Shown here: positions 1 through 12,881 of the stretch, piece after piece
How positions within the stretch are numbered: the first letter of the stretch is position 1
Layout: each line of letters starts with the position of its first letter
Source of the DNA: Octopus sinensis
Lineage: Eukaryota
Reading direction: 5' to 3'
Assembly (NCBI RefSeq): GCF_006345805.1
Contig: NC_043018.1
Span: forward strand, 28,334,001-28,398,000
DNA: 64,000 nt
Program-made: the position numbers and the translations under genes
Notes under the pieces: model-generated
What the model was told of the DNA's origin: nothing
The model's database searches: none
The model's input: only the letters and a program-made list of their open reading frames with translations

Positions 1-110
1 TACTCTAACGACATCTTTGACTCGACTAAGCAATTTAAATAGAAGTTAACATTGTTGTATAACATTGGTAAAGAGATGCCGATTTGTACAAAAGATTACA
101 TACATTCATA

Positions 111-142
<32 letters not shown>

Positions 143-623
143 AGATCAAAGCCTGAGAAATCGGAAAACAATTTATGCGTTCAATCAGAAGCATTAAAGT
201 AATTCCTTGCAGATGCGGAAGGCAAATGTAGTTGAGACCTCCAAGAGAAATAAAATCAGAAAGATATCAGGAAAAGTTCATTTCTTTGTCATCAATAGAA
301 GATATAATTTTCTATTTAGCAGTGACAATAAACTTTATACCTAGCCTGAGACAGTGAAGACAGTCGCTCTAACGTGCCGACAACACTAATTTCATGCAGA
401 TTTTCAGAATAACATCACCAGAATCCTCCCATATTAACAATTAACTTACGGAATATTTATTTTATATATATAGATATTAATATAGAGAGAGAGGGAGGAA
501 AGAAAGAAAGAGAGAGAAAGAATATATAAAGTATATAAAAGTATGCATACATAGAAGACCTCACACCTCACACACACACATATATACGTGTATATGAAAA
601 TATAAATATATATCTATATATCT

Positions 624-671
<48 letters not shown>

Positions 672-824
672 AGGAAGAGAGAAAGAGAAAGAGAGAGAAT
701 ATATAGAATATATACAAATATGCATACATAGACGACCTCACACACACCAATTTACATGTACATGAAGATATATATATCTATATATCGCTCTCCTTCTTTC
801 TTTCTTTCTTTCTCTCTCTCTCTG

Positions 825-859
<35 letters not shown>

Positions 860-965
860 ATATATGTATATATATATATATATACATGAATATTTATATT
901 TACATATGTATCTGCACATATGCATACATTCATATATGCATGTACATGATATAAATGTAAATATG

Positions 966-998
<33 letters not shown>

Positions 999-1109
999 GG
1001 GGTTTTGAGAGCAACTTACGAATAATTATATATATTTATATACTTATATTTTAGTGCATACGTTTTTGTTAATAACACTATTATGATAACCTTTAACATT
1101 ATTGTCATT

Positions 1110-1620
1110 GTTGTTATTCTTATCATCATCATCGTCGTCGTCGTCGTCGTCATCATCATCATCATCTTCATCATCATCATCATCATCATCATCTTCATCA
1201 TCATCAACATCATAATCCTCATTATCATCATCATCATCATCGTCCTCATCATTATCATCATCATCATCGTCATCATCATCGTCATCACCATCATCCTCCT
1301 CATCATCATCATCATCATCGTCCTCATCATTATCATCATCATCATCATCGTCTTCATCATCATCATCATCATCATCATCACCATCATCATCACCATCATC
1401 ATCATCACCACCATCATCATCATCAGCAGCAGCAGCATCATCATCATCGTCTTCATCATCATCATCATCACCATCATCATCATCACCATCATCATCGTGA
1501 TCATCATCATCATCATTGTCATCATCATCATCATTATCATCATCATCATCGTCGTCTTCGTCATCAGCATCATCATCGTCTTCATCATCATCATCTTTAT
1601 CATCATCGTCGTCGTCGCCA
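1110..1620. repeat. Long imperfect (CAT/GAT)n trinucleotide microsatellite
   Basis: About 500 bp of catcatcat with cgt/ctt/cac variants; produces spurious poly-D, poly-M and poly-I ORFs in all frames. Confidence 0.95.
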
Positions 1621-2020
1621 TCCTTAATGATTCTTTGTAGAAATGATTTAATGAGCTGACCGATTGTAGGCCGACAAGGGAAATGCATAACACCAAAGCA
1701 CTTCCTTATTTAATGCATGCTGAATTAATTGACTCAGGGATCAGTGCACAAATCACTTGAAGATATGAGGCGCAATGGTACGGTGATAAACGCTCTCTGT
1801 CTCGTATATCGTATTGTTGTTAATAGCCACATTTAGGATATCAAATGGATATTTGTTGAGATTTCCGTTGGGGGGAAATAGCCGACGGCAAAAGTGTAGT
1901 ATAGTATGTGAATATATTTCCCCGTTCTAATTAATATATGATTAAGATAACGTTTTCATATCCTGATGTAATATAACATATACACACACATGTCTGATAT
2001 ATATAAATTTTACATACATA

Positions 2021-2073
<53 letters not shown>

Positions 2074-2118
2074 CTATATATACGTATTTATGTATGTATG
2101 TATATGTATATATATATA

Positions 2119-2230
2119 TCACTTAACCTACCAGTCCATCAGATGTAGTTACACATCGCTGGTCACAATGCGTTCGCATTGTTTCAGCCTTCGAATGACG
2201 CCACCCCGCTGGCTAAGCGAGCAGGCCAAT
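2119..2230 (-). mobile_element. SINE 3' fragment (OR-like family)
   Basis: Reverse complement matches the tail of the full copy at 11726-12042 (gcttagccagcggggtggcgtc...gaccagcgatgtg). Confidence 0.8.
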
Positions 2231-2271
2231 ATATATATTTGAATATATATATATACACATATATATATATT

Positions 2272-2303
<32 letters not shown>

Positions 2304-2351
2304 TACACATATATATATACACATATATACACATATATATATATACATATA

Positions 2352-2398
<47 letters not shown>

Positions 2399-2425
2399 TA
2401 CACATATATATATACATATATACAC

Positions 2426-2460
<35 letters not shown>

Positions 2461-2461
<1 letters not shown>

Positions 2462-2571
2462 TTGAAAAAATGAGTAGAGATGGCCATTGGGGTGATAATT
2501 TTAATGGTAATGTCTATGTTGATGACAATGTTTATTCCCACCCCAAGCCGTCTCTACTCACTTTTTTCAAA
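2461..2571. repeat. Short foldback/MITE-like hairpin
   Basis: tttgaaaaaatgagtagagatggc..ttggggtg pairs with caccccaa.gccgtctctactcacttttttcaaa; flanked by TA-rich sequence. Confidence 0.75.
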
Positions 2572-2594
2572 TATATTATACTGTACCAAGAACT

Positions 2595-2700
2595 GTTCTT
2601 ATTTCGGCGATATATATACTTAAATTGGAACGATACAGGGAAGATTAGCATGACCCCTGCGCAAGGATGACACGCAAATTAGCGAATCGTTCCATGTTTT
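2595..2700 (+). ncRNA. U6: U6 snRNA copy, full length, probably a pseudogene
   Basis: gttcttatttcggc...aaattggaacgatacagggaagattagcatgacccctgcgcaaggatgacacgcaaatt...gttccatgtttt matches U6 end to end; ACAGAGA box reads ACAGGGA and the 5' stem-loop is disrupted. Confidence 0.92.
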
Positions 2701-2705
2701 ACTGT

Positions 2706-2871
2706 AGGTGCAGGATCAGCTGTGTGGTAGATCAGCTGTGCTTAACAACGATATGGTTCCGATTTCAGCCCCACTGCGTGACAACTTGGGCGAGTGTCTT
2801 CTACTATAGCCTCAGGCCGACCAAAGCCTTGCGAGTTGGATTTGGGAGACGGGAACTAAGACAGGCTCATC

Positions 2872-2910
<39 letters not shown>

Positions 2911-3150
2911 AGTGTGTGTGTGTGTGTATACCTATATGTATGTGCATATGTTTGTGTGCGTGTTTGTCGCCCCAACATCGCTTGACAACCGATGGTAGGG
3001 GTATTTACATCCCTGTAACTTAGCGGCTCAGCAAAAAGACCGATATAATAATTACTAGGCTTACAAAGAGGAAGTCCTGGGGTCGATTTGGTCAACTAAA
3101 GGCGGTGCTCCAGCATGGCCGCAGTCAAATGACTGAAATAATTAAAAGAA
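2706..3150 (+). mobile_element. tRNA-derived SINE family A (internal TA/CA microsatellite)
   Basis: Head aggtgcagga..ctgtgtggta, body cttgggcgagtgtcttctactatagcc, tail ggtgctccagcatggccgcagtcaaatgactgaaa; many copies in the window. Confidence 0.85.
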
Positions 3151-3288
3151 TATATATATATATATATAAACAAATCAAATTGCGATAAAATAAAAATAAT
3201 TATAATCGCTGGTATTTCTAACACAAGCCATATATTTTCCATATATCAGTACATTAAGGCGAAATATGTGCTAGGAACACACACACAA

Positions 3289-3390
<102 letters not shown>

Positions 3391-3460
3391 ATTGAAGGTA
3401 CACGAAGACGAAGTATCAGCGTTACTAGAAATGAGTCGAAAAATACTCAAATATACCCCG

Positions 3461-3843
3461 ATTTCACTGGAAATACAACTGGCTGACGAAATTCAAGTGA
3501 GGAGCAAAGTTTAAACTTACCATTGAGGTCACTTGTATTATTGTTGTAATTATATATTGATGATATTAATATCTTTATTTATTCATGGATAACTATATAC
3601 TGATATCGTTTGAATTTGGCGCTGGTCTTGCAACGATTTTGACAGGCATGACGAACCGGGCATAAATTTAACATTTGGTTAACAGCGAGACCTACTGGTG
3701 AGGACTAAGGAACATATCTCAAAGTTCGAAATCACGTTATATAGGAATATCTGTGATTCTCATTTGCAACTTTCAGGCGCAATGGCATGTTAAATTTTGT
3801 TCGTGCCTTGATTTTCGTTAGCCTGTTGTATTTTCAGTGAAAT
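3461..3843 (+). mobile_element. Inverted-repeat-bounded element with HHR-like motif (putative Penelope-like pLTR derivative)
   Basis: 37-bp inverted repeats 3461-3497 and 3807-3843 (4 mismatches); internal HHR-like fold at 3691-3745. Confidence 0.6.
3691..3745 (+). ncRNA. Type I hammerhead ribozyme-like motif (A6G variant or decayed)
   Basis: ccta-CTGGTGA-ggact/agttc stem II-GAA-atcacgttat near-palindromic stem III-A-tagg. Confidence 0.55.
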
Positions 3844-4300
3844 GGCGTCGTATCTTTCGCGGAATTTCGTCTACCCTCAGTTGCCATTAATAATTATTTA
3901 TGAAATTGCCTTTTTGGCCTAAATACTTCATGGCGACTTATGTTATTTTGTTATTATTTATTGGTAATAATAATTGTATCTATATATATAGGTTTGGTGA
4001 CCCAAACCGGAAAAATTGATCTCAAACAATGTGTATAAATATGTGTGTGTGCATCTGCCTGTCTGTGTGTGTTTATTGATATCTAAAAGGATTAAAAGCT
4101 TCATGAGTTTGCGCTTATGGAACAAAAATAAATCGAGCGATTAAGAATTTATATACTGGTGATAATAGTATTTTCCTGACTGTGTTGTAATAAGCTTGCT
4201 TCCCTACCACGTGGTTCAAGGTTCAATCCAACTACTATAGCACCAAGGCGACCAAATACTTCTGAATGGATTTGTTAGACGCAAACTATATATATATATA

Positions 4301-4811
4301 GGTTCTTCTTTCTATCTGGTGGGATTGCAATGGAGTAATTCACTTTGAATTGTTACCACCTGGTGCAGCAATCAATGCTCAAGTATAATATCAGCAATTA
4401 GAGCGTTTGAACCAAGCTTTGAAGATAAAAAAAAAGACCCGCTTCATGAGAATAATGTGCGCCTCCACACTGTAAAAATCACATCGCAGAAGATCGAAGA
4501 GTTTGATTGAGTAAAATGTTCTCATCCACCTTATTCTCCCGACTTTGCTCCTTCAGATTATCATATGTTTTGTAGTTTACAGAATCATTTGTGGGACGTA
4601 GCTTTCGCAAGCCAGCAGGAGGTCGACACTGACATTTCAGAGTTCTTCGCTTTGAAACCAAAATAGATATATATTGATAGGATTTAAAACGTTGTAAATA
4701 GATGGAAGAAAATCATAAAAGTACATTGCTGATTAAATTTCAATTAAATATAACATTTGATGACTTGTTTTCTTTATTCAGAGTTCGGTGAGAACTTATA
4801 GGATGACGTGA
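4301..4811 (+). mobile_element. Mariner transposon 3' fragment (pseudogene) with 3' TIR
   Basis: Translates VLLSIWWDCNGVIHFELLPPG and HPPYSPDFAPSDYHMFCSLQNHL with stops; end cggtgagaacttataggatgacgtga-TA resembles the TIR at 25846-25871. Confidence 0.9.
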
Positions 4812-5271
4812 TATATATATTAATTATTAACTACGGAAGCACTATTAGCACCGGAATGCAATATTTGTATCCAGCTTAACGTGCATAACTTATAAGAACA
4901 CCGATTACCACGTTATTAACGTTGAAAGATCTTCCCACATACGCGCATTATGGACCAATATCGAAAGATCTCGCAAGTCTAATATCGCAGTATTCATCTA
5001 CGTGAAGCTGGATACAAACACACACGTATATATATGTATGTATGTATGTATGAATGTATGTATGTATGTATGTATGTATGTATGTATGTATGCATGCATG
5101 TATGTTTGTATATATGTATGTATGTATGTATGATTGTATGCATGTATAAATATATATATATGTGTGTGTGCGTGTGTTTGTGTGTGTGCACATATATATG
5201 TATATATAGATAGATAGATACATATATACATACATACATATATAGATGTATAGATAGATAGATAGATAATA

Positions 5272-5304
<33 letters not shown>

Positions 5305-6806
5305 GCATACATAGATACATACATACATACATACATACACATGCACACAAACAGACACACACGCCTCCATCAGATACATAAGTGATATAATATAATGGAT
5401 ATAGCAATTGTAAAATACATCAAAACAATAAAAATATGACGTTATTTTTGTATACATAAACATTTCGATAACAAAAACAATAAATACTTTATATCAGATT
5501 ATGCGAAAACAAAAACATGCGTTCACATTCATGGAGAAAGCGAATAGCTTCAAAACTACAAAATATGACATTACTCGTAGACATAAACATTCCGATAACA
5601 AAAAAAAACCCGTAGGTGCTTTGCATCAGATTACGCGAGAAAAAACAAACAAATGCATATATATATTCATGGAGAATGCGAAAGGCAGAATAACTACAAA
5701 ATATCAGCGGTAAAAACACTACTTAGGTAAGCATTTATATTCTCTTCCATAAATATATGAGGCAAAAAATAATCTTCAGTGTGAAACGAGCGCTAATTAG
5801 CAATCGGTATTCAAATAGACAAGCACAACATGATAGCGATAAATATAAAGGAGATATACTATGCAACACATACATGTGACAATACCCCTGCAAAAGAACA
5901 AAAAAACATATTTGCTACGCATAAATTAAATTATATGAAGCAAAGGCATAGCAGGTAAAAAGCAGACGAACACATAATCAACAAATTTTAAAGAACGAAA
6001 TACAGATGTGTCACAACAAAATACAAGCTGACGTTAGTAATGTATTGCGCAAATAATAATGCACTCACAAAACATATATACAATGTATATATATATATAT
6101 ATATATTAGTTTGACGCTCGGAAAGTGAGAAACCCTTTTACGTCAAGATAAAGGAATAAGAGAAAATAAACAGAGGGAGAAGAAGAAAAATGTGCGGATT
6201 TAGCGATCAAGCATGCCGACTGGTTGGGGGGGGGGGAAGATATGACAGAAGTAGAAAGTAGGGGAGATAATAAAGTATGGGTGATCCTAACACGACGGTG
6301 CGCGCGTGTTTGTGTATGTGAGAATGTGAGTGTGTGTGTATGGATAGGTGCCAGTGATTTTGACGTGTTATGCAGTTATGCAGCGTATCTAAGAAGAGAA
6401 AGACTTGTAGTGTCCATTCTTTTCTAAGATAAACTTATTTCTACAGCTGATCACCCGGTCCTAGGATGGAAATCACAATCTAATGGTCATGAATCTAACA
6501 CCCTAAGCTCTAAGCGACGCGTCTCCACTATTGGCACTTATTTCTACAGCTGGGTGGAATGGAGTAACGTGAAATGAAGTGTCTTGCTCAAGAGCACAAC
6601 GCATCACCTAGTCTATGAATTGAAATCACAATTTTACGATTGTGAGTCCAATACCCTAACCACTAAGCCACGCATCTCCACTTATTATTATTCTCCGACA
6701 TTCGAAACTCCGAGTACTATAATGGCATCTTACTGCTTGCCCAAAATTATACATATATAAATATTCCTCTATTTACCTAACATCCAGGTATCATTCTTTT
6801 GCTGTC

Positions 6807-6855
<49 letters not shown>

Positions 6856-6879
6856 TTATTATTATTATCATTATTATTA

Positions 6880-6962
<83 letters not shown>

Positions 6963-6967
6963 TATTA

Positions 6968-8169
6968 CTATTTTTCCTTCTTTCTTCAAATTCTCTTCCG
7001 TTTCTCGCCGAGTGTTTTCCATACACCGAGGGCAGAGAAGGGCATTGCATGCATTCCCAGATTACACGCGCAAATACACAGATAAAATATGTATCTAAAA
7101 ATTAATAAATAAATAAATTCATGGATGGATGTTATTTTCACAGCGATAGTGCTCTTCTCAGTACATGAGCCGTTCCAGTTAACACGATTTTTTGCACTTT
7201 CTGTAGGGATGGTGAGCCTGGAATCATTTTCAAATAGGTTTCAGTACCTTTTTTTATCATTCCTAGAGATCCTACAGTCACTGGTACTGTAGTCGCCTTG
7301 AAATGCCACATTTTTTTCAATTTCTATTAGCAGGTCTTTATATTTACTAATCCTGTCAAATTCTTTCGCCGCTATATTGTGATCACAGGGAATACTCATG
7401 TCAATTAATAAGCACATCCTTTTTGTCTGATCTTTTATAATAATATCCGGCTTATTAGCTTTTATAGTCTTGTCGGTCTGCACGGGGAAGTCCCATAGAA
7501 TCGACACATTTCCTTTCTTCCTCAGTCACAGCTTCAGGATGATGTTTATACCATTTGTCAGCGGTTTTGATTTTATAATGCCGACATATTGTCCAATGTA
7601 AATACTGGCCGACTCTGTTATGTCTTGCTTTATATTCTGCAGGTGCTAAGACTCTACACCCTGAGATTAGGTGGTCTATTGTTTCAATCTCATCGTTACA
7701 GAATCGGCATTTTGGGTCAGCTCCATTTTTTATCACATTGGCTTGGTAGTTCCGAGTTAAAAAGCTTTGGTCTTGAGCAGCTAATATGAAACCTTCACTC
7801 TCTGCTTTTAGCCCTGAGTTTCGTAACCATTGGTGCGTGTGTTTCTGGTCGACATCAGCTTGTTTGCTACGGGCCACATACTTGTCATGGAGAGGTTTCT
7901 GTTCCCATCTGCTAGCTAAATTATCATGTGCTTTTGTCTTTGCAATTAATCTTATTTTCTTTGCAGCTGCAGTTGGCGTATTTCCTTCAGCCTGATCTAT
8001 ATGGTGGGTATCTAAGAGATCAGCAACGAATTTTTTGCTCTCTTTGAGAATAGAGTGAAGTGTTTTCAGTCTTTCATGTTTTTCAACAAGTTTTAGAATC
8101 CAATCGTTGGTTGCTTCAAGGTCCGATTGTGGTGGTTTTGTATGTAAGTTCAAGCTGGATAAAAACTCG

Positions 8170-8170
<1 letters not shown>
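6968..8170 (-). mobile_element. 5'-truncated R4/Dong-like non-LTR retrotransposon (RLE clade), frameshifted
   Basis: ORFs 7455-8153, 7241-7507, 7138-7320 give CRFC..HLISGC zinc knuckle, RHN motif, NKPDIII..LIDMSIP and ISKYKDL of a restriction-like endonuclease; (TAA)n on both flanks. Confidence 0.9.
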
Positions 8171-8223
<53 letters not shown>

Positions 8224-8318
8224 TTATATTATATTATTATTATTATATTATTATTATTATTAATATTATTATTATTATAATTATTATTATTAATATTATT
8301 ATTATTACATTAATATTA

Positions 8319-8365
<47 letters not shown>

Positions 8366-8386
8366 TAATATATATATATACATACA

Positions 8387-8420
<34 letters not shown>

Positions 8421-8423
8421 TAT

Positions 8424-8467
<44 letters not shown>

Positions 8468-8518
8468 TATATATATATATATATATTTAAAAAAAGGAGA
8501 TGTCGAACACGAGTGGTG

Positions 8519-8797
8519 ATATATAAAAAAGGAAATGAAGAAAATGCTGACAAATAATTGAAGTAATTTAAGTAATTTAATTAGGTGAAAGTTCTTTTTA
8601 CCGGTTGCGCATTTGTTATGCTTATCAAAATATAAAAGAGAGATTAGAGTTCCTTTCTTAAAGGAACTCTAATCTCTCTTTTATATTTTGATAAGCATAA
8701 CAAATGCGCAACCGGTAAAAAGAACTTTCACCTAATTAAATTACTTAAATTACTTCAATTATTTGTCAGCATTTTCTTCATTTCCTTTTTTATATAT
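8519..8797. repeat. Perfect palindrome, 138-bp arms with 3-nt loop, between (TA)n tracts
   Basis: 8519-8656 is the exact reverse complement of 8660-8797; loop ctt at 8657-8659. Confidence 0.95.
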
Positions 8798-9388
8798 ATA
8801 TATATATATACATATATATACATATATATATGTATATGTATGTATATAACATTTCGAACGTAAAGAGGTTGCTCTTTCACAAGGATGTATTCTTCGAAGT
8901 GTACACCGATTTAGCTCAATGTTGGATTTAATTAATTTGTGTTAATATTAGTGTTAACACTTAAGATGTTCAAGTAAAACCGTTTTAGATATTTCCATCC
9001 GTTCAATAAAGGAGAATAGAATTTGAAAAATATAATAGAATGGAAATGGAGAGTTTGAAGAGAGAAAAGTCAATTTGAATTTTTATCAATGTTATTCACT
9101 GAAGAGATTTTTACCTTTAAAATGCATAATGCAATCTTAATTTAAAACTATAAATGAAGGCAAGAGACTGAAACCTACTATATGAAATTGACTATTATAT
9201 AAATACATTTATTTTTCTGTGTTTAAACTCTCCATTTTCTTTTCCTTATATTATATTATATTACATTACATCATATACCCAGATTACACGCGCAAATACA
9301 CTTAGAACGTTGCGGCAAACGAAACAACTCTAAGCATTTCCCTGGCGTGATAATGATAATTCCAGCTCGTCTCCTTTTGATAATAATG

Positions 9389-9423
<35 letters not shown>

Positions 9424-10000
9424 AATAATAATAATATATATTATATTATATTATATTATATTATATATATTCAGTACTATATTGGATTTAGAGAATCGTG
9501 CAGTTATCATAGAAAGCTCATCTTACTGACTCGGCTATCAGCCCACGTATTCAATAAAAAGAAGTGTAATAGAGCGTGTCCATGTAAATATAATCTACAA
9601 GATCTAATCGATGAAAATATTTTTATGTGGTGTATATATCAACCATAAAGTCAGGTAGGATCAGAAGTGAATATATATTTATTTTACCCTGTGGCATCAT
9701 TAAGGGTACGGCCATTTCGCCATTTACTTCATGTAGTATTAATTTCAGTACTGAAGCTATTATGCGTACGTCTTCGAATTAATATGCATGATTGGCATTA
9801 TACATTAGAATTTTATATTCATAAATCAATGCATATAAAGAAAGGTAGCGTCACGGATGACTGGAATATCATGGTAAGACTACAAATTCAACACAAAACA
9901 AAGATATATATTAACCTTCCATGCCTCTTGGGTTTATATTATATGCTATATACATACATACATGCGTACATACATACATACATACATATATGTATATATA

Positions 10001-10046
<46 letters not shown>

Positions 10047-10543
10047 TATATATGTATGTATAATATGTATGTATATGTGTCTATATATTTATGTATGTAT
10101 GAATAAACAACGAACTTTTATACATGCTTTAACATGAAATATTGATACGATAATGATGAAGTGAGGATGATTATGATGACTATGGTGATGATGATGATCA
10201 TCATCATCATCATATGAATAATAATAAGTGGAGGAGGGTTAGAAGAAGAAGAAGAAGAAGAAGAAGAAGAAGAAGAAGAAGAAGAAGAAGAAGAAGAACA
10301 ACAACAACAACAACAACAACCCTTTCTACTGGAAGCACAAAGCCTCAAATTTGGCAGCAGAGATTAAGTTGATTACATCGACCCCAGTCCGAATGCATGA
10401 AATGCAGTCAACCTCGGCGGAATTTGAACTTAGAACGTTGCGGCAAACGAAACACCTCTAAGCATTTCCCTGGCGTGATAATGATAATGCCAGCTCGTCT
10501 CCTTTTGATAATAATGAGGATGATGATGATGATGATGATGATG

Positions 10544-10586
<43 letters not shown>

Positions 10587-10597
10587 TAATAATAATA

Positions 10598-10628
<31 letters not shown>

Positions 10629-10647
10629 TATTAATAATAATAATATA

Positions 10648-10680
<33 letters not shown>

Positions 10681-10682
<2 letters not shown>

Positions 10683-10775
10683 CCACTGATAAATAAATAT
10701 ACATATCTGTAAAGAAATTTGACAAATTGAATAAATATAAGGATCTCGAAATTGAAATACAAAAACCATGTGGCA
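10681..10775 (+). mobile_element. Short R4/Dong-like RLE fragment following (TAA)n
   Basis: KKFDKLNKYKDLEIEIQK-MWH matches KEFDRISKYKDLLIEIEKMWH of the 7-kb element. Confidence 0.7.
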
Positions 10776-11045
10776 TACGCATTAACCTGGTCGGGGTGTC
10801 ACGAGCAATACATTGGCCAAACAAAAAACAGTCAACGTAAAAGGATGGCTCTGCACAGATCAAAATTCCCCAAAACAGAAAAATAGAATTCAGCCAACAT
10901 ATCGACATTTGCGCCAGTAATAAAAATCCAAGCTGTAGAATTTTTTCCCCTCTTCCAATTCAGGGATGATACAACCTGTAACCAACGAATTAGTAAAGAG
11001 ACTCTCTTTATTACAAAATACAGACCCATTTTGAACACATCTACA
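10776..11045 (+). mobile_element. Penelope-like GIY-YIG endonuclease fragment
   Basis: YALTWSGCHEQYIGQTKNSQRKRMALHR...SQHIDIC...KETLFITKYRPILN. Confidence 0.75.
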
Positions 11046-11592
11046 ACAAACAACATATCCACAACACGCAAATATTAAAAATGATATACTCAAGAGATTC
11101 CCAAGAATTCATTAAAAAACAGTCCCAATCACTACTATAATCCATAACGAGTTACTTTTAGGTCACTTGACCATTTCACATCCTACTTCTATCATACCAC
11201 CTACATTCCTTCTTATTCCTCCTTCTTTTTCTCCTTCATCTTCGTCTTCGTCCACTCCAAATTTTATAAACAATACATTTAAAAGAGATGTCTTAAGAAT
11301 TCAATCACTACTACCATCCACAACAAGTCACTTTTAGGGCACTTGACCTTTTAACATCCTACTACAATCATGGCACTCCCACATCCTTCTCCACTTCCTT
11401 CTTCTTTTTCTTCTTCTCCTCCATCTTCTTCACCTTCTCCTTCTTCTTCCCTGACAAGAATTCACAACAACCTCGAACCCACAAGAGTTAACAAGAGAGA
11501 GGGAGACAGACAGAAACAAGGTAAATGCCTCCTGTATTTGAACACTATACAAATATTCTTTTAAAATGCTTTTTATTGTTTTCCATACTTAC

Positions 11593-11624
11593 AGTTGAAA
11601 AAGTCTCAATGACTGCAACTGGTA
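11593..11624 (-). other. Candidate 32-nt microexon
   Basis: Minus strand tacattttag|taccagttgcagtcattgagactttttcaact|gtaagtatg: consensus acceptor and GTAAGT donor; open as PVAVIETFST in one frame. Confidence 0.3.
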
Positions 11625-11725
11625 CTAAAATGTATTTTATAAAATTATTTTAGCATCTTTTACTTTGACTTTTTTCCATATATATCAACTCGTGTGATCC
11701 TTTTCAACCTTCTACAAATATATAT

Positions 11726-12042
11726 GTGGAGGCGCAATGGCCCAGTGGTTAGGGCAGCGGACGCGCGGTCGTAGGATCGCGGTTTCGATTCCCAGACCGG
11801 GCGTTGTGTGTGCTTATTGAGCGAAAACACCTAAAAGCTCCACGAGGCTCCGGCAGGGGGTGGTGATCCCTGCTGTACTCTTTCACCACTCTTTCTCCCA
11901 CTCTTTCTTCTGTTGGCCTGCTCGCTTAGCCAGCGGGGTGGCGTCGTTCGAAGGCTAAAAACAATGCGAACGCATTGTGACCAGCGATGTGTAGCAACAT
12001 CTGATGGTCTGGTCGGTCACGTGACGTGACATGACACGTGAC
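11726..12042 (+). mobile_element. Full-length tRNA-derived SINE (octopus OR-like)
   Basis: tRNA-like head ggcgcaatggcccagtggttagggcagcgg...ggtttcgattccc with A/B boxes; gtgac-repeat tail. Confidence 0.88.
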
Positions 12043-12069
12043 ATATATATATATACATACACATACAGG

Positions 12070-12290
<221 letters not shown>

Positions 12291-12364
12291 GTATCGAGCC
12301 GGGCTGCAGTGATCCCGGATATTCAATTTTCTCTTGCAAATTTGTTAGTCCTTAAGAGACACTG

Positions 12365-12500
12365 ATGCAAGACATTTGCCCGAAATGTGAAATAAACTTG
12401 ATCAGTGTCAGACATGTAGTTATATGTTTCAAGTGCGTTAAATGCCATAATATCAGAAATTCTGTTTTGATACTTCTAATATTTCGCAATTTTTGTAGAA
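12365..12500 (+). mobile_element. Decayed LINE C-terminal zinc-knuckle fragment, interrupted by the Helitron-like element
   Basis: QDICPKCEINLISVRHVVICFKC resembles the CxxC-LTVxH-C knuckle at LINE ORF2 ends. Confidence 0.35.
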
Positions 12501-12503
12501 TAA

Positions 12504-12881
12504 ATCTCTCTCTATATAAACGGCAGTTTGTCTGTGCGTGTTCTGTGTGTCTGTTTTCTCGTACCCTCCCCTGACCACGGCTTTCAACCGATTCTGATGA
12601 AAACTTACACACACATAGCCCAATGTCATAATTCAAAACTAACGCAGCGAAAATTTTGAAAAGTTCCCCCAGTTCTGAAAAAAATCGATAAATTCGACAT
12701 GGGTCGAGAATCAGGATACGAACCACAACAGTCTAGGGGACGCAACTCTACCTTTTTTAAATCTCAAAAAAATACCATAATTTTTTTCCATTTTTTGGCT
12801 ATTTTTTGGCTATAACTCTCTAAAAATGCTTTATAGTTATTTCCCTTACAAACCTGAGCAACGCCGGGCGATACTGCTAGT
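12504..12881 (-). mobile_element. Non-autonomous Helitron/Helentron-like element
   Basis: Minus strand begins actagcagtatcgcccggcgttgctcaggtttg and ends ...gccgtttatatagagagat, termini typical of HINE/Lep1-like elements. Confidence 0.6.

Noticed and set aside
1016-1696. 226-aa, 214-aa and 185-aa ORFs (poly-M, poly-D, poly-I)
   Set aside because: All frames are open only because (CAT)n lacks stops; no splice or domain evidence
6108-6152. ttgacg/cgtcaa hairpin resembling a decayed minus-strand HHR
   Set aside because: Core and stem I would need several assumed reversions
11726-11800. tRNA-like cloverleafs here and at 30230-30304, 54175-54240 and 27254-27320
   Set aside because: Each continues into SINE body sequence and has imperfect stems; SINE heads rather than tRNA genes
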